A stretch of 64,000 bases of DNA, taken from Escherichia phage UB. Positions 18,938 to 27,962 of the stretch are shown here, piece after piece; the stretch's first letter is position 1; every line of letters begins with the position of its first letter. Below the pieces are notes generated by a model. It saw nothing but the letters and a program-made list of their open reading frames with translations, did no database searches and had not been told where the DNA came from. The position numbers were made by a program, and so were the translations under genes. The stretch lies in sequence record MH383160; one strand, written 5' to 3'.

Positions 18938-19262
18938 GTAATGTTTTAATTCGATGATACATTTTCATACCAATATTACCAAAGATACCATATCCAAGTA
19001 CTAAAATGTATGCAATAAGCATAGTAATAATTACTATAGTGCCAAAACTATAATGTACACTACTGATACCCATTGTAGTTTCAACGATTATTTGAGAAAC
19101 TGAAAGAATCAAAAGTACAACTACAATTGGATGATTTGGGTACATTCGGTTGAACAACGTTTTGTACTTAAAGAAGCACAGTACTCCACCGAATAAGAAG
19201 TAAACAATGTAAATGCAAGCAACAGCATAGGCAAACATGTTAGTGTAATAAATCATTACCAA
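18915..19262 (-). CDS. small membrane protein (same family)
   Basis: FFKYKTLFNRMYP. Confidence 0.6.
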   Translation of the reverse strand: MVMIYYTNMFAYAVACIYIVYFLFGGVLCFFKYKTLFNRMYPNHPIVVVLLILSVSQIIVETTMGISSVHYSFGTIVIITMLIAYILVLGYGIFGNIGMKMYHRIKTLRDNLPER

Positions 19263-19265
19263 TCC

Positions 19266-19604
19266 TTACTTTTCAGGGATATTAGAACGCCATATATCAA
19301 TGCGATGAACTAGTCCAAAGAACAACCATACTGGAACGGCAGCTATCATAACAACAAATGAAAACCCAGTCAAGACCGATACCAGATTTAATTCATCAGT
19401 ACTATACCCACATATCAGTACTTCTAATATTCCCCACGTACATGCACAAAACATCAAGAATGAAATTGGGGCATCATAGTAGATACGTTCATATAAAGTA
19501 GTGTATCGGAAGAATGCAATAATGTAGCAAAACATATAATACACCCAAACCAAAGATACTACATAAAATGATACTTTGTTTATTAATTCAAAATATTGTT
19601 CCAT
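19266..19604 (-). CDS. small membrane protein (same family)
   Basis: FFRYTTLYERIYY. Confidence 0.6.
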   Translation of the reverse strand: MEQYFELINKVSFYVVSLVWVYYMFCYIIAFFRYTTLYERIYYDAPISFLMFCACTWGILEVLICGYSTDELNLVSVLTGFSFVVMIAAVPVWLFFGLVHRIDIWRSNIPEK

Positions 19605-19606
19605 TT

Positions 19607-19888
19607 TTACCCCAATATATATTCAGAGAGTAATGTATTAGCTTCATCTTTGTTCTTAAGGTAATACATGTAATATAGATTCGGTTCACCATCTTTAGCA
19701 CTCAAATCGAAGTACTTTAAACTATGTACTTTCATAGTAAAAACAAATAATGACTTAAAACCAATTTCACCGTACTTAATAAACAGTTCATCCAAATGAA
19801 TGTAACTTTTTGATTTGGATAATTCTTTAACGTCTGCATCAATTTCAGATAAAAGATGCTTACCTATTAAGTTTTCAAATGAACGCAT
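19607..19888 (-). CDS. hypothetical protein
   Basis: 93-aa ORF. Confidence 0.5.
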   Translation of the reverse strand: MRSFENLIGKHLLSEIDADVKELSKSKSYIHLDELFIKYGEIGFKSLFVFTMKVHSLKYFDLSAKDGEPNLYYMYYLKNKDEANTLLSEYILG

Positions 19889-19949
19889 GATTTTATCCTT
19901 TACCGCAATTTTTATGGTTTATTAAGAATACACCAGAACATCAGTTCTG

Positions 19950-20591
19950 TCAATAAAAAACTGGATCTTCTTCAGTAATTGGTATTTCTCTACGCACATC
20001 ACACGAAAGAGGATCAGTAATGAATACATTCCCATCTTTATCCATCATCACATTACTTGAATGAATGTCTGGTACAAAACGCCCGTGAAACTCTTTCATG
20101 ATGTTAGCAGCGACCGTTGCAATAGCAATCTCTTCAGAATTTCCACGCATATCATTCACTGAAGTAGCGTACTGACCAGCATGTGCATAAGAATATAAAT
20201 CTCCAATTTTAGTACTAACAAAGTCATCATAATTATTTTTTTGTTTAATTATAGGATAGTACTTGTCCATCTCATACCATCCAAAGTTTCCTTGTTCGTT
20301 TGCACTGTAAATCACTGGAAGAAACTTGGTTCCTGCGTTTTCAATGCAGTACTTTGCATAAGCACGAAAACCATCCCAGCGTGAAGTGGTTACTTTAAAT
20401 GCACGTCCAGGATAGTTTTTATGTTCAACTACTACAGAGTACATCCCCATTCCAAGCAAAGTAAGTCCAGCAGCTTTAACTTGTGGAAAGATTACGCGTT
20501 CAGCATAAGGAATATCAAACTCCATCGCACAACGAGTTTTTGATGGACGCAAAATGTCAATTAAAGTTTTGAATATTTCTTGCTTAGTCAT
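19950..20591 (-). CDS. protein kinase-like fold protein (putative)
   Basis: DIHSSN (D-x4-N catalytic-loop-like) followed by VFITDP; start moved to ATG 20591 with AGAGGA RBS because ATG 20624 lies inside the promoter -10. Confidence 0.5.
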   Translation of the reverse strand: MTKQEIFKTLIDILRPSKTRCAMEFDIPYAERVIFPQVKAAGLTLLGMGMYSVVVEHKNYPGRAFKVTTSRWDGFRAYAKYCIENAGTKFLPVIYSANEQGNFGWYEMDKYYPIIKQKNNYDDFVSTKIGDLYSYAHAGQYATSVNDMRGNSEEIAIATVAANIMKEFHGRFVPDIHSSNVMMDKDGNVFITDPLSCDVRREIPITEEDPVFY

Positions 20592-20619
20592 TACTTTATC
20601 CTCTGTAGTTAATATCAAC

Positions 20620-20649
20620 ATCATAACAAAAAAGGCTGACCGAAGTCAA
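20620..20649 (-). promoter_or_regulatory. promoter in terminator-promoter cassette (TTGACT-N18-TATGAT)
   Basis: Minus strand TTGACTTCGGTCAGCCTTTTTTGTTATGAT. Confidence 0.45.
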
Positions 20650-20652
20650 CCC
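20627..20652 (-). terminator. UUCG-loop intrinsic terminator
   Basis: GGTTGAC-UUCG-GTCAGCC + U-run. Confidence 0.7.
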
Positions 20653-20660
20653 TTTTATTA

Positions 20661-21080
20661 TCATTTACAGTTTTCTATAACTATTGCACGTTTTAGTATT
20701 TTACTTTCATAAACATACTTAAGATGACCTTCTTCACGAATACGATTGAACACATATCCTAGTTTATCTTTTAGTACTGAAGCGGTATCAATGTCAAGAT
20801 TAACTTCAACCCCTCCTGTTAATTTAACTTTATATGTAAAGCTAAAAGCATCACCAGATTCAACCAATGGGACTACTTGTTCATACGTATTCAACATAAC
20901 TCGTTCATCATTAACTAAATTATATATTACTATATCACAAGTTTTTACCCCAATTTCCTCTAATGTAGGAGCATTATCTACTATAACATCTTTTACTGTA
21001 TTTGCAACCTGTTTAGCATCTGCTGCATATACATTAAAACTAAAAAGTACTAAAATAATACTTAAAAAAATCTTTTTCAT
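20661..21080 (-). CDS. secreted protein (signal peptide)
   Basis: MKKIFLSIILVLFSFNVYA. Confidence 0.6.
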   Translation of the reverse strand: MKKIFLSIILVLFSFNVYAADAKQVANTVKDVIVDNAPTLEEIGVKTCDIVIYNLVNDERVMLNTYEQVVPLVESGDAFSFTYKVKLTGGVEVNLDIDTASVLKDKLGYVFNRIREEGHLKYVYESKILKRAIVIENCK

Positions 21081-21089
21081 TATATATCC

Positions 21090-21413
21090 TTATTTTATTT
21101 TACATGTCATATCGGGTTGTGCTTGTTTATTATTTTTAAACGGATTAGGTTTTTTATCTTTCTTTTTATCTTTTAAAGGTTTTTTGTCTTCTTTTTTATC
21201 TTTATCTTTGTCTTTTTTATTTTTATCAGGTTCAGAGGGAGTATTACATTGTGCTGGGGGTTGATTAGTTGGAGTACAGCTATTGTCTGATGGGAGTATT
21301 ACTTCTTTACAATTGTAAAATAGTAAACTTTTATTTGTGGTTAAATTATGAAAACGATAGTTACGTTCATTATTATAATAAATTGTTTTAGTACTTTCAA
21401 TGTCATTGCACAT
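21090..21413 (-). CDS. hypothetical protein with Lys/Asp-rich low-complexity tail
   Basis: KKDKDKDKKEDKKPLKDKKKDKK. Confidence 0.45.
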   Translation of the reverse strand: MCNDIESTKTIYYNNERNYRFHNLTTNKSLLFYNCKEVILPSDNSCTPTNQPPAQCNTPSEPDKNKKDKDKDKKEDKKPLKDKKKDKKPNPFKNNKQAQPDMTCKIK

Positions 21414-21423
21414 TGCTACTGAA

Positions 21424-21675
21424 TCACCGGAACTCTTTTTCTATTCCCATTACATCAGTCTTACGCTCAGATAGTATACCTGAAGTATATGAATCTTTGT
21501 TGTCAAACGCATTAAATCCAATAGTTCTGTCGGTGTCGTGTATTATTCCTTTTGTATATGAGGTAGTATAGAACTCCCCATTTCTGAAATCCTGCCTTGC
21601 TACGGAGCAATGATAATCTGCACCATAAGCAGTACTGGAAAATAATACAATTCCAAATATAATATATTTTTTCAT
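21424..21675 (-). CDS. secreted small protein (signal peptide)
   Basis: Start at internal ATG giving MKKYIIFGIVLFSSTAYG with AGAGGG RBS. Confidence 0.55.
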   Translation of the reverse strand: MKKYIIFGIVLFSSTAYGADYHCSVARQDFRNGEFYTTSYTKGIIHDTDRTIGFNAFDNKDSYTSGILSERKTDVMGIEKEFR

Positions 21676-21704
21676 TGTAATCCCTCTTCTTAATTCCTCT
21701 TTTG

Positions 21705-21733
21705 TATTTACAAAAAAAGGCTGACCGAAGTCA
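21705..21733 (-). promoter_or_regulatory. promoter in terminator-promoter cassette
   Basis: TTGACT in hairpin arm, 17 nt, TAAATA. Confidence 0.4.
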
Positions 21734-21736
21734 ACC
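21712..21736 (-). terminator. UUCG-loop intrinsic terminator
   Basis: GGTTGAC-UUCG-GTCAGCC + U7. Confidence 0.7.
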
Positions 21737-21746
21737 TTTTGTTTTA

Positions 21747-23294
21747 TCATTTACCGTATTTGCTCATGATGTCCTTTTCCCAAGGAGTTACATTTCCATT
21801 TTCGTAATCACGGAAAGAGTCATCAAGTGTAGTCAATGCATAATCATATGCCTCACCGGATTCAACATCAATATCAACAGCACCATTCACTACATCAGTC
21901 CACGCTTTTTGTAGTTTACGAGCGTTGTTACCAACTTTATCTTTAATCCAACTAAGATTTCGGTTTATACTCTTCTTATCAGCACCAGCTTTTTCACCAA
22001 CATCTGCAACCCATTGCATTAATTTCTGTAGTTCGTTATGGGATTTTTCAGTCATTTGGCGGTCTTGTGACAGTTCAGCTTCCATGTCATCAATTTCTTC
22101 GTCTGAATGAACATCTTTCTGTTCAACTGCACCTTCTTCATCTGCACGCTTTAGATAACCATCTGGTGTTACCTTCTCACCATGTTCAGCTTCATACTTT
22201 TTCATAGTGTTGAATGCAGCATCCATAGCTGTTACGAAGCGGCTTTTCTCACCTTGTACATAAGATTTAAGTACGCTGTTAACAGCGTCAGATACGAGCT
22301 TAACCTTATCGTCTTTACCTTCTAAACGGTTTTCAAGTTTAGCTAGTACATTCTTGACTTGCTGTGCATTAGCACGGTCTGCTTTACCAATACTATCAAA
22401 AGTTTTAAGAATACTTTCCAGATTAACATCATCGTGTGAGTGTTCATCAAACTCAATATCATTATTTTCGTCTTCATCCTTGAGCGTTAATCCCATTGAT
22501 GTGAGGTCATCAGCAGCACTTGACATTGACATACGAACTGCACGAGAATCATTTACATCATCTACATTTTCAATTGCCATATCAATAATGTACAGTGCTT
22601 TCTCTAAGTCTGTATATTGTTTAGCTTGATTGATAATATCGTTCACAAACTTAGCACCTAAGTAATCATTTACTTCACGGAATTCGTCTTCAGACATTCT
22701 TCCACTAGGTTTGCTTGGTTGTTGATCGGTCTTTTGTGGTAAGGATTTCTGTTTACCTTCAAGTGCACGCATGATAGTACTGAATACTTCAGTAGGTTCA
22801 GTACTGGTATTTCCACTCATTGCATCAAGTACAGCTTGTGCTTTGACTTTTAATTCTTCTTTAGGTACAGATTGCAATTCTTTCACAATACCTTGGATAA
22901 GTTGTGGTTTATTAGCAAAAATCTTACCTAACTTATCAGACAGTTCTTTGACAGGGTTAACCGCCTTTGGTGCTTCTTGTTTTGGTTCTTCTTTCGCAGG
23001 AGCAGACTTTTCTTTTTCTTCACGTTCCATATCAGCTAGGCGTTGTTTTTGTGTAGCATTAAGAAGTCCCAATGAATTAACATAACGTAGCTTTTCTAGC
23101 TCAGTCATATTGGAAGTATCAGTGCCTTGTGTTGCTACTGTGTTTGCTTTACCAGCTTCACCAGTCCCCATGTTTCTAGAACCTTTAGAACCTTGACCTG
23201 CCATATGTGAATTAGGTCTGCGATTTTTTTCTGACCACTTCTCGCTGTGTCCAGAAATGGTAGCACCATTTTTTGATTTGAAATTATCTGGCAT
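21747..23294 (-). CDS. large acidic hypothetical protein (N-terminal domain paralogous to 24185..24568)
   Basis: 515 aa, Glu/Lys/Asp-rich; YVNSLGLLNATQKQ...KELQSVPKEELK shared with neighbour. Confidence 0.65.
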   Translation of the reverse strand: MPDNFKSKNGATISGHSEKWSEKNRRPNSHMAGQGSKGSRNMGTGEAGKANTVATQGTDTSNMTELEKLRYVNSLGLLNATQKQRLADMEREEKEKSAPAKEEPKQEAPKAVNPVKELSDKLGKIFANKPQLIQGIVKELQSVPKEELKVKAQAVLDAMSGNTSTEPTEVFSTIMRALEGKQKSLPQKTDQQPSKPSGRMSEDEFREVNDYLGAKFVNDIINQAKQYTDLEKALYIIDMAIENVDDVNDSRAVRMSMSSAADDLTSMGLTLKDEDENNDIEFDEHSHDDVNLESILKTFDSIGKADRANAQQVKNVLAKLENRLEGKDDKVKLVSDAVNSVLKSYVQGEKSRFVTAMDAAFNTMKKYEAEHGEKVTPDGYLKRADEEGAVEQKDVHSDEEIDDMEAELSQDRQMTEKSHNELQKLMQWVADVGEKAGADKKSINRNLSWIKDKVGNNARKLQKAWTDVVNGAVDIDVESGEAYDYALTTLDDSFRDYENGNVTPWEKDIMSKYGK

Positions 23295-23333
23295 ATCTAT
23301 TTCTCCATAAAATAATAATACCTATGATTTTAT

Positions 23334-24107
23334 TTATATATTACCATAGATATCCATCCTAGTCAATCTATATTTGTCATTATCAATGATAGTTAATAAT
23401 CTATCTATATCTTTTACGTCTATTGTTTCTGTATAACCACATTTAAACACTGATTTGTTCAAAAACTTACATTTTATTTCTTTTTTAATTATTTTTTCTA
23501 ATTCATTAATTAAATTTCCGTCATTGGAAAAATAACAAATATAAGGAACTGATCGATATTTGTTGGCATTATATTTTCTAAATCTATTTTTACAATTTCC
23601 TGTAATGCCAAATTTATATGATACTAAATTACCAATAGTATCATAAATTTCATTTATATATAAAAATCCAGGTTTGTTGATATCATAACCAGTCTTACTA
23701 CATGATGGACAATTTGTATTAGTATTAATAAAATGATTATAAGAACATTTCCAAGAAGGATGATCAATTATATCACAGTTCAATTCAAGAATAGTGTTTA
23801 TAGAGCCATTAAAAATATATTCTTTACAAGTATATTTTTTCTCTTTACATTTTTGTATAACTCTATCACGGGCAGTTTGTTCTTTGAGAATGTTTCTCCC
23901 ATTACATTCAGGACACCCAGTTCCTTTGTAAATAAACTTTTTAAAAGAACAATTCCATCGTTCGTGTTCTGGATTGGGGCATTTTAAAATTAGTCTTGTG
24001 TTCGTGTTTATATAAACAAATTCTTCACATTTGTAGTTTTTGTCATTGCATATTTTATATACTTTTTCTTCAGCTTCTTTTTGTGTCAATTTAATACCAC
24101 TAGCCAT
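23334..24107 (-). CDS. T5orf172/MUG113-type (GIY-YIG-like) domain protein with Cys-rich zinc-ribbon-like repeats
   Basis: GFLYINEIYD..YKFGITGN..RFRKY core; N-terminal CPNPEH..C, GCPECNG. Confidence 0.6.
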   Translation of the reverse strand: MASGIKLTQKEAEEKVYKICNDKNYKCEEFVYINTNTRLILKCPNPEHERWNCSFKKFIYKGTGCPECNGRNILKEQTARDRVIQKCKEKKYTCKEYIFNGSINTILELNCDIIDHPSWKCSYNHFINTNTNCPSCSKTGYDINKPGFLYINEIYDTIGNLVSYKFGITGNCKNRFRKYNANKYRSVPYICYFSNDGNLINELEKIIKKEIKCKFLNKSVFKCGYTETIDVKDIDRLLTIIDNDKYRLTRMDIYGNI

Positions 24108-24147
24108 GAAATATCATCCTTGAATCTTTGTTATTTCATATATTTAC

Positions 24148-24175
24148 TATATAAAAAAAGGTTGACCTTAGTCAA
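24148..24175 (-). promoter_or_regulatory. promoter in terminator-promoter cassette
   Basis: TTGACT in hairpin arm, ~17 nt, TATATA. Confidence 0.4.
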
Positions 24176-24178
24176 CCC
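24153..24178 (-). terminator. intrinsic terminator hairpin (loop variant), bidirectional
   Basis: GGTTGAC-CTTA-GTCAACC flanked by A7 and T5. Confidence 0.65.
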
Positions 24179-24184
24179 TTTTTA

Positions 24185-24568
24185 TTACTTCTTGAACTTA
24201 TGTTTTTCACTTTCGATTGCATTCACGATTTCATCATGAATTTTACGAAGATTGTGAGTTTTCTTTAGAGATTCATGTAATGCACGGAATGCAGAGTGTA
24301 CAGTTGCTTTAAAGTGCTCTTTAGGAGTTACTTTAAGTTTCTCGATAATATCACGTACATAAATTGGGTGATCTTCAAACACACGATTTAGCTCATGGCC
24401 TAGTGATTCTAGACTGAATGCTTTTTCACGTGAAGGGCGATCATGTGCAAGACTTTGGTCCGGTTTTAGAAGACCTAGTGAATCTAGATACTTGTGCTTA
24501 TGTGCATTGTCTAGACCAGAAATATCAACATCATGTGATGGATCTTTCTTATTCCATTTATCAACCAT
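24185..24568 (-). CDS. hypothetical protein (paralog of N-terminus of 21747..23294)
   Basis: YLDSLGLLKPDQ and KLKVTPKEHFK motifs. Confidence 0.6.
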   Translation of the reverse strand: MVDKWNKKDPSHDVDISGLDNAHKHKYLDSLGLLKPDQSLAHDRPSREKAFSLESLGHELNRVFEDHPIYVRDIIEKLKVTPKEHFKATVHSAFRALHESLKKTHNLRKIHDEIVNAIESEKHKFKK

Positions 24569-24683
24569 TTTTATAACTCCTATAAGAGATAAATTTTACT
24601 ATAATATTTATAGTTCCGTTGTCATTTATATCGAATGACATAAAACATTATATCATAATAAGAATGGTTGTCCCAAAGTTAAA

Positions 24684-25157
24684 TTAGTACTGATCAAGTT
24701 CAGATGTAAAAATGAATGCATCCATGTCTTCCAACGTAAGTTTTAAGTCTGGTACATACTTAAGAATAACGCACTCTGGCTTCTTAATAGCAGCTTGATA
24801 AGCAGCAATGGCAAGGGATTCCAACTGCTGTGCTGTATAATTTTTACGTTCTGCATTAAAAACTTTGTTTTTGATATCACCACCTGGGAGTTTTTCAAAC
24901 TCACGCATAACTGCAGTAAGAACATCGTCAGCAGTGTTACTATATACCCATTGGGGTAATTGCATTACATTATAAATCACACCACTATCATCCATCAAAG
25001 AGATCCATTTGTACCCATCACTAGCACTGAACAAACGCCCTTTTAGTACTGTGTTATTAGTTAAATTTACAAATGCAAAAATATCTTGTTCGTTAAGTTC
25101 AATACTATTAACATTTACCCAACTCATTACGATTCCCCATTCATAAATCACGAACAA
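24684..25157 (-). CDS. hypothetical protein
   Basis: 157-aa ORF. Confidence 0.55.
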   Translation of the reverse strand: MFVIYEWGIVMSWVNVNSIELNEQDIFAFVNLTNNTVLKGRLFSASDGYKWISLMDDSGVIYNVMQLPQWVYSNTADDVLTAVMREFEKLPGGDIKNKVFNAERKNYTAQQLESLAIAAYQAAIKKPECVILKYVPDLKLTLEDMDAFIFTSELDQY

Positions 25158-25737
25158 TATTCATTAAACACAATTTAGGTTTTATAGCATTCAACACCCA
25201 TATGCATTCTTTGTAAGTAGCTATTATATCATCTAAATGCTCAGTTACAATGCTTTCTTGAAAATATTCTTCATCATTGAGCTTTGCTAATTTAGTAACA
25301 TCACACGTAGGCACTATAGGTCTGGATTGTACACCCATTCCATTATTGATATTAGTGAAATGTACAAAATGGTACTTCACAACACCTTTATCTAGATTTA
25401 TTATACATGACAAATTTTCCAACTCAGTTAGTTTTTTATTACAAGTAACATTAATGAAACCAGCATTATAGGCTCTATAATCATCTACTGATATCTCAAA
25501 ATCATTACGTTCAAATATAAGTGAAATGAGTTGGTCCAGTGGTTTGACATTCATATATTTTAATGAATTTACGTATGATACTTCAATCTTAGATGAAATT
25601 ATCTTTTTACTAAGTGCCGTTAAATCTTTGTTAGATTTAACTGTTAAAACAATAGGTTTAAACCTAGAACTTTTGTTCTTTTTTGATACTTTAAAACGAC
25701 CTTTACGATTCATAATTTCCTCAATTAACAATTTCAC
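25141..25737 (-). CDS. hypothetical protein
   Basis: 198-aa ORF. Confidence 0.55.
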   Translation of the reverse strand: MKLLIEEIMNRKGRFKVSKKNKSSRFKPIVLTVKSNKDLTALSKKIISSKIEVSYVNSLKYMNVKPLDQLISLIFERNDFEISVDDYRAYNAGFINVTCNKKLTELENLSCIINLDKGVVKYHFVHFTNINNGMGVQSRPIVPTCDVTKLAKLNDEEYFQESIVTEHLDDIIATYKECIWVLNAIKPKLCLMNIVRDL

Positions 25738-25942
25738 ATTTAACGTGTGGTTTATATAGCATAATTAACCCATTTTTAAGTACAATGATTGTTGCTCTGT
25801 TAGTAATCGAAACGTTTTTAATTATACTTTTTTTATATGTTTCAACATATTTCTCTTCATAATTTATACATTTAACATATTCTTTTTGTTTAGCACTTAC
25901 AACAGTACTGAATAATATCAGTACAAGTACTATATATTTCAT
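25721..25942 (-). CDS. secreted small protein (signal peptide)
   Basis: MKYIVLVLILFSTVVSA. Confidence 0.55.
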   Translation of the reverse strand: MKYIVLVLILFSTVVSAKQKEYVKCINYEEKYVETYKKSIIKNVSITNRATIIVLKNGLIMLYKPHVKCEIVN

Positions 25943-25994
25943 TACTATACCTTATAAACAAAAAGGAATTCATTTAAGAATTCCTATTTTACAA

Positions 25995-26288
25995 TCATTT
26001 ATCTAACATACCATTGTGCAAACGTTCATATACTTCAGTTCGACGCAAATTCACAATATCTTCTGCGTATTTTAATGTAAATGCCCATGCTTTTGGATGT
26101 ACGTTAAGCTTCATACGAATTCGATTTTTCATCAACTCTCCACTTAAACGAATAAATTCGTGTACACCACGACTACCGTATTCAGTAATTAAATCATTAA
26201 TGTACATATCACGAAGAGTTTCATCTGCACATTCTTTAACCATTTCTACGTCAGCGACGATGCTTTCATTAACTGAAGTACTGATCAT
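25995..26288 (-). CDS. hypothetical protein
   Basis: 97-aa ORF. Confidence 0.55.
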   Translation of the reverse strand: MISTSVNESIVADVEMVKECADETLRDMYINDLITEYGSRGVHEFIRLSGELMKNRIRMKLNVHPKAWAFTLKYAEDIVNLRRTEVYERLHNGMLDK

Positions 26289-26300
26289 TTTTAATTTACC

Positions 26301-26567
26301 TTATTTAAATTCGACTGTAATTTTATCACCTTCAACTACGAACTTACAGTTGTAGCGACGTGCCATATCCATGTACATATGCTCAGAGTACCAAGGAACA
26401 TCAATAATCGGATGCTCTGCATATTGTAGAACTTCACGGTCGCCCACTGTAGTAATGATGAAAGGAATGTTCATCTCTCGTAAAAACAGTTCAGCACCAG
26501 GAGAACGATTAATAAATTCAGTATCATTACGTAAAGTAAATCCATTATATTGTAATTTAAGCTTCAT
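26301..26567 (-). CDS. hypothetical protein
   Basis: 88-aa ORF. Confidence 0.55.
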   Translation of the reverse strand: MKLKLQYNGFTLRNDTEFINRSPGAELFLREMNIPFIITTVGDREVLQYAEHPIIDVPWYSEHMYMDMARRYNCKFVVEGDKITVEFK

Positions 26568-26581
26568 ATGTTATCCTCTAT

Positions 26582-26926
26582 TCAATACCATTCTTTAAAA
26601 CCATTAAGTTCGGCTACGTGAGTGATTATAACACATATAACATTCAGGTCAAGTATAATTTGATCATAATTTAATTTTATACGATCATCATTATATGCTC
26701 TAAAAACTACATCGTAATCAAAGAAATTTGCGTTTTCATCATTCATTGAAACGATTCGGTATCTACGTCTTCCATCTGTATTGAATATAGTTAAACACTG
26801 TTGAAACTTTCTCATTAACTGTTTAGATAGGATATTATAATATTCAATATCTTTTTGTGAATTACGTGGGTCATCAGGAAGATAGAATGAAACAAATTTC
26901 TTTAATTCTATTTGAGTTTTATCCAT
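26582..26926 (-). CDS. hypothetical protein
   Basis: 114-aa ORF. Confidence 0.55.
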   Translation of the reverse strand: MDKTQIELKKFVSFYLPDDPRNSQKDIEYYNILSKQLMRKFQQCLTIFNTDGRRRYRIVSMNDENANFFDYDVVFRAYNDDRIKLNYDQIILDLNVICVIITHVAELNGFKEWY

Positions 26927-27359
26927 ATATTACCTCATGTGTTTCTCTTTTACTTTGTCGGAACTCATCCTTTGCTTCCTTAACTGACATGATACGAACT
27001 AATTTAGCACTACCGCAATAGTACTGAACCTGATTACGACCAATGTCTACATGGTGGTCTGGAACTTCATATACAGATATAGCAAACCCAGCACGATGCA
27101 ATTTACCCAAGTCCATAGTGAAGAATCTGAACAAATCTTTCAAACTTTGACAACCAAATACCCATCCACTTTTGATTGAATAGATCCCATCCTCAGTTGG
27201 TTCAGGTTGGAATTGAGAAGGTGTAGTCATAAGCAAACGGTCAAATCCATTTTTAGTACTGTATCTGGTTGAATACCGTGCAAACGGACCTACAGTTCGT
27301 GCAGGATCTAAGTTAGGTTCAATGTAACTAAATTTAAGTTCAAAACGATATACATACAT
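26919..27359 (-). CDS. hypothetical protein
   Basis: 146-aa ORF, first gene after terminator-promoter cassette. Confidence 0.6.
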   Translation of the reverse strand: MYVYRFELKFSYIEPNLDPARTVGPFARYSTRYSTKNGFDRLLMTTPSQFQPEPTEDGIYSIKSGWVFGCQSLKDLFRFFTMDLGKLHRAGFAISVYEVPDHHVDIGRNQVQYYCGSAKLVRIMSVKEAKDEFRQSKRETHEVIYG

Positions 27360-27387
27360 AATTAAAATCCTCTAATTTATTAAGAGA

Positions 27388-27417
27388 ATTATAACAAAAA
27401 AGGCTGACCGAAGTCAA
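27388..27417 (-). promoter_or_regulatory. promoter in terminator-promoter cassette (TTGACT-N18-TATAAT)
   Basis: Minus strand TTGACTTCGGTCAGCCTTTTTTGTTATAAT. Confidence 0.55.
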
Positions 27418-27420
27418 CCT
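27395..27420 (-). terminator. UUCG-loop intrinsic terminator
   Basis: GGTTGAC-UUCG-GTCAGCC + U6. Confidence 0.7.
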
Positions 27421-27605
27421 TTGTTTTGAAGTTCTTGAACTAATTGTCGTACTTCGTTAATATTTTTACACTGCTTTACAGTGAAGTAATCATACTTACG
27501 ACCATAGGTTCTTGGGTCATCACCTTCCATATACTGCTGCACATCAAAGATTTGTAAGTAGGGATGCTGCATAACACGAATATTATCACTTTGATAAATC
27601 AACAT
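27414..27605 (-). CDS. hypothetical small protein
   Basis: Start at internal ATG 27605 with AAGGATTGA RBS, 4 nt after upstream stop. Confidence 0.5.
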   Translation of the reverse strand: MLIYQSDNIRVMQHPYLQIFDVQQYMEGDDPRTYGRKYDYFTVKQCKNINEVRQLVQELQNKG

Positions 27606-27609
27606 AATA

Positions 27610-27960
27610 TCAATCCTTATATTTACACAAGCCACCAAAACTAGTTTCTTTAGCACCACGACGCATCATAACTAATTTAGCATATTGTGTGCCATTACTA
27701 TCTTCATATACATCTACTTCAATAAACGCTAAGAAGTTAGGGTCTGTGTCGTTAGAAAACTCAGTGAAGCTAATGTCGCCTACTGTATGCTCTTTAACAA
27801 ACGTATATGATTGTCCATCAATATATACAATATCTCGATCGTCACTATCACCTTGATAGATATGTTTAATATTACCATCTGTACAAACTAAACCTTCCAA
27901 TGGTTCAGCATATGACAATCCACACATTAACATACATACAAAAAATAAAATAATTTTCAT
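27610..27960 (-). CDS. secreted protein (signal peptide)
   Basis: MKIILFFVCMLMCGLSYA. Confidence 0.6.
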   Translation of the reverse strand: MKIILFFVCMLMCGLSYAEPLEGLVCTDGNIKHIYQGDSDDRDIVYIDGQSYTFVKEHTVGDISFTEFSNDTDPNFLAFIEVDVYEDSNGTQYAKLVMMRRGAKETSFGGLCKYKD

Positions 27961-27962
27961 GA

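Noticed and set aside
20620-20624. ATG at 20624 as start of the kinase-like gene
   Set aside because: It sits inside the -10 element of the upstream promoter and has no RBS; the ATG at 20591 with an AGAGGA RBS is preferred.
20746-21264. ORF 20746..21264 (+)
   Set aside because: Antisense to two minus-strand genes; Ser/Leu/Phe-rich low-complexity translation typical of reverse-strand reading.
21925-23085. Plus-strand ORFs 21925..22110, 22354..22629, 22771..23085
   Set aside because: All antisense shadows inside the 515-aa minus-strand gene.
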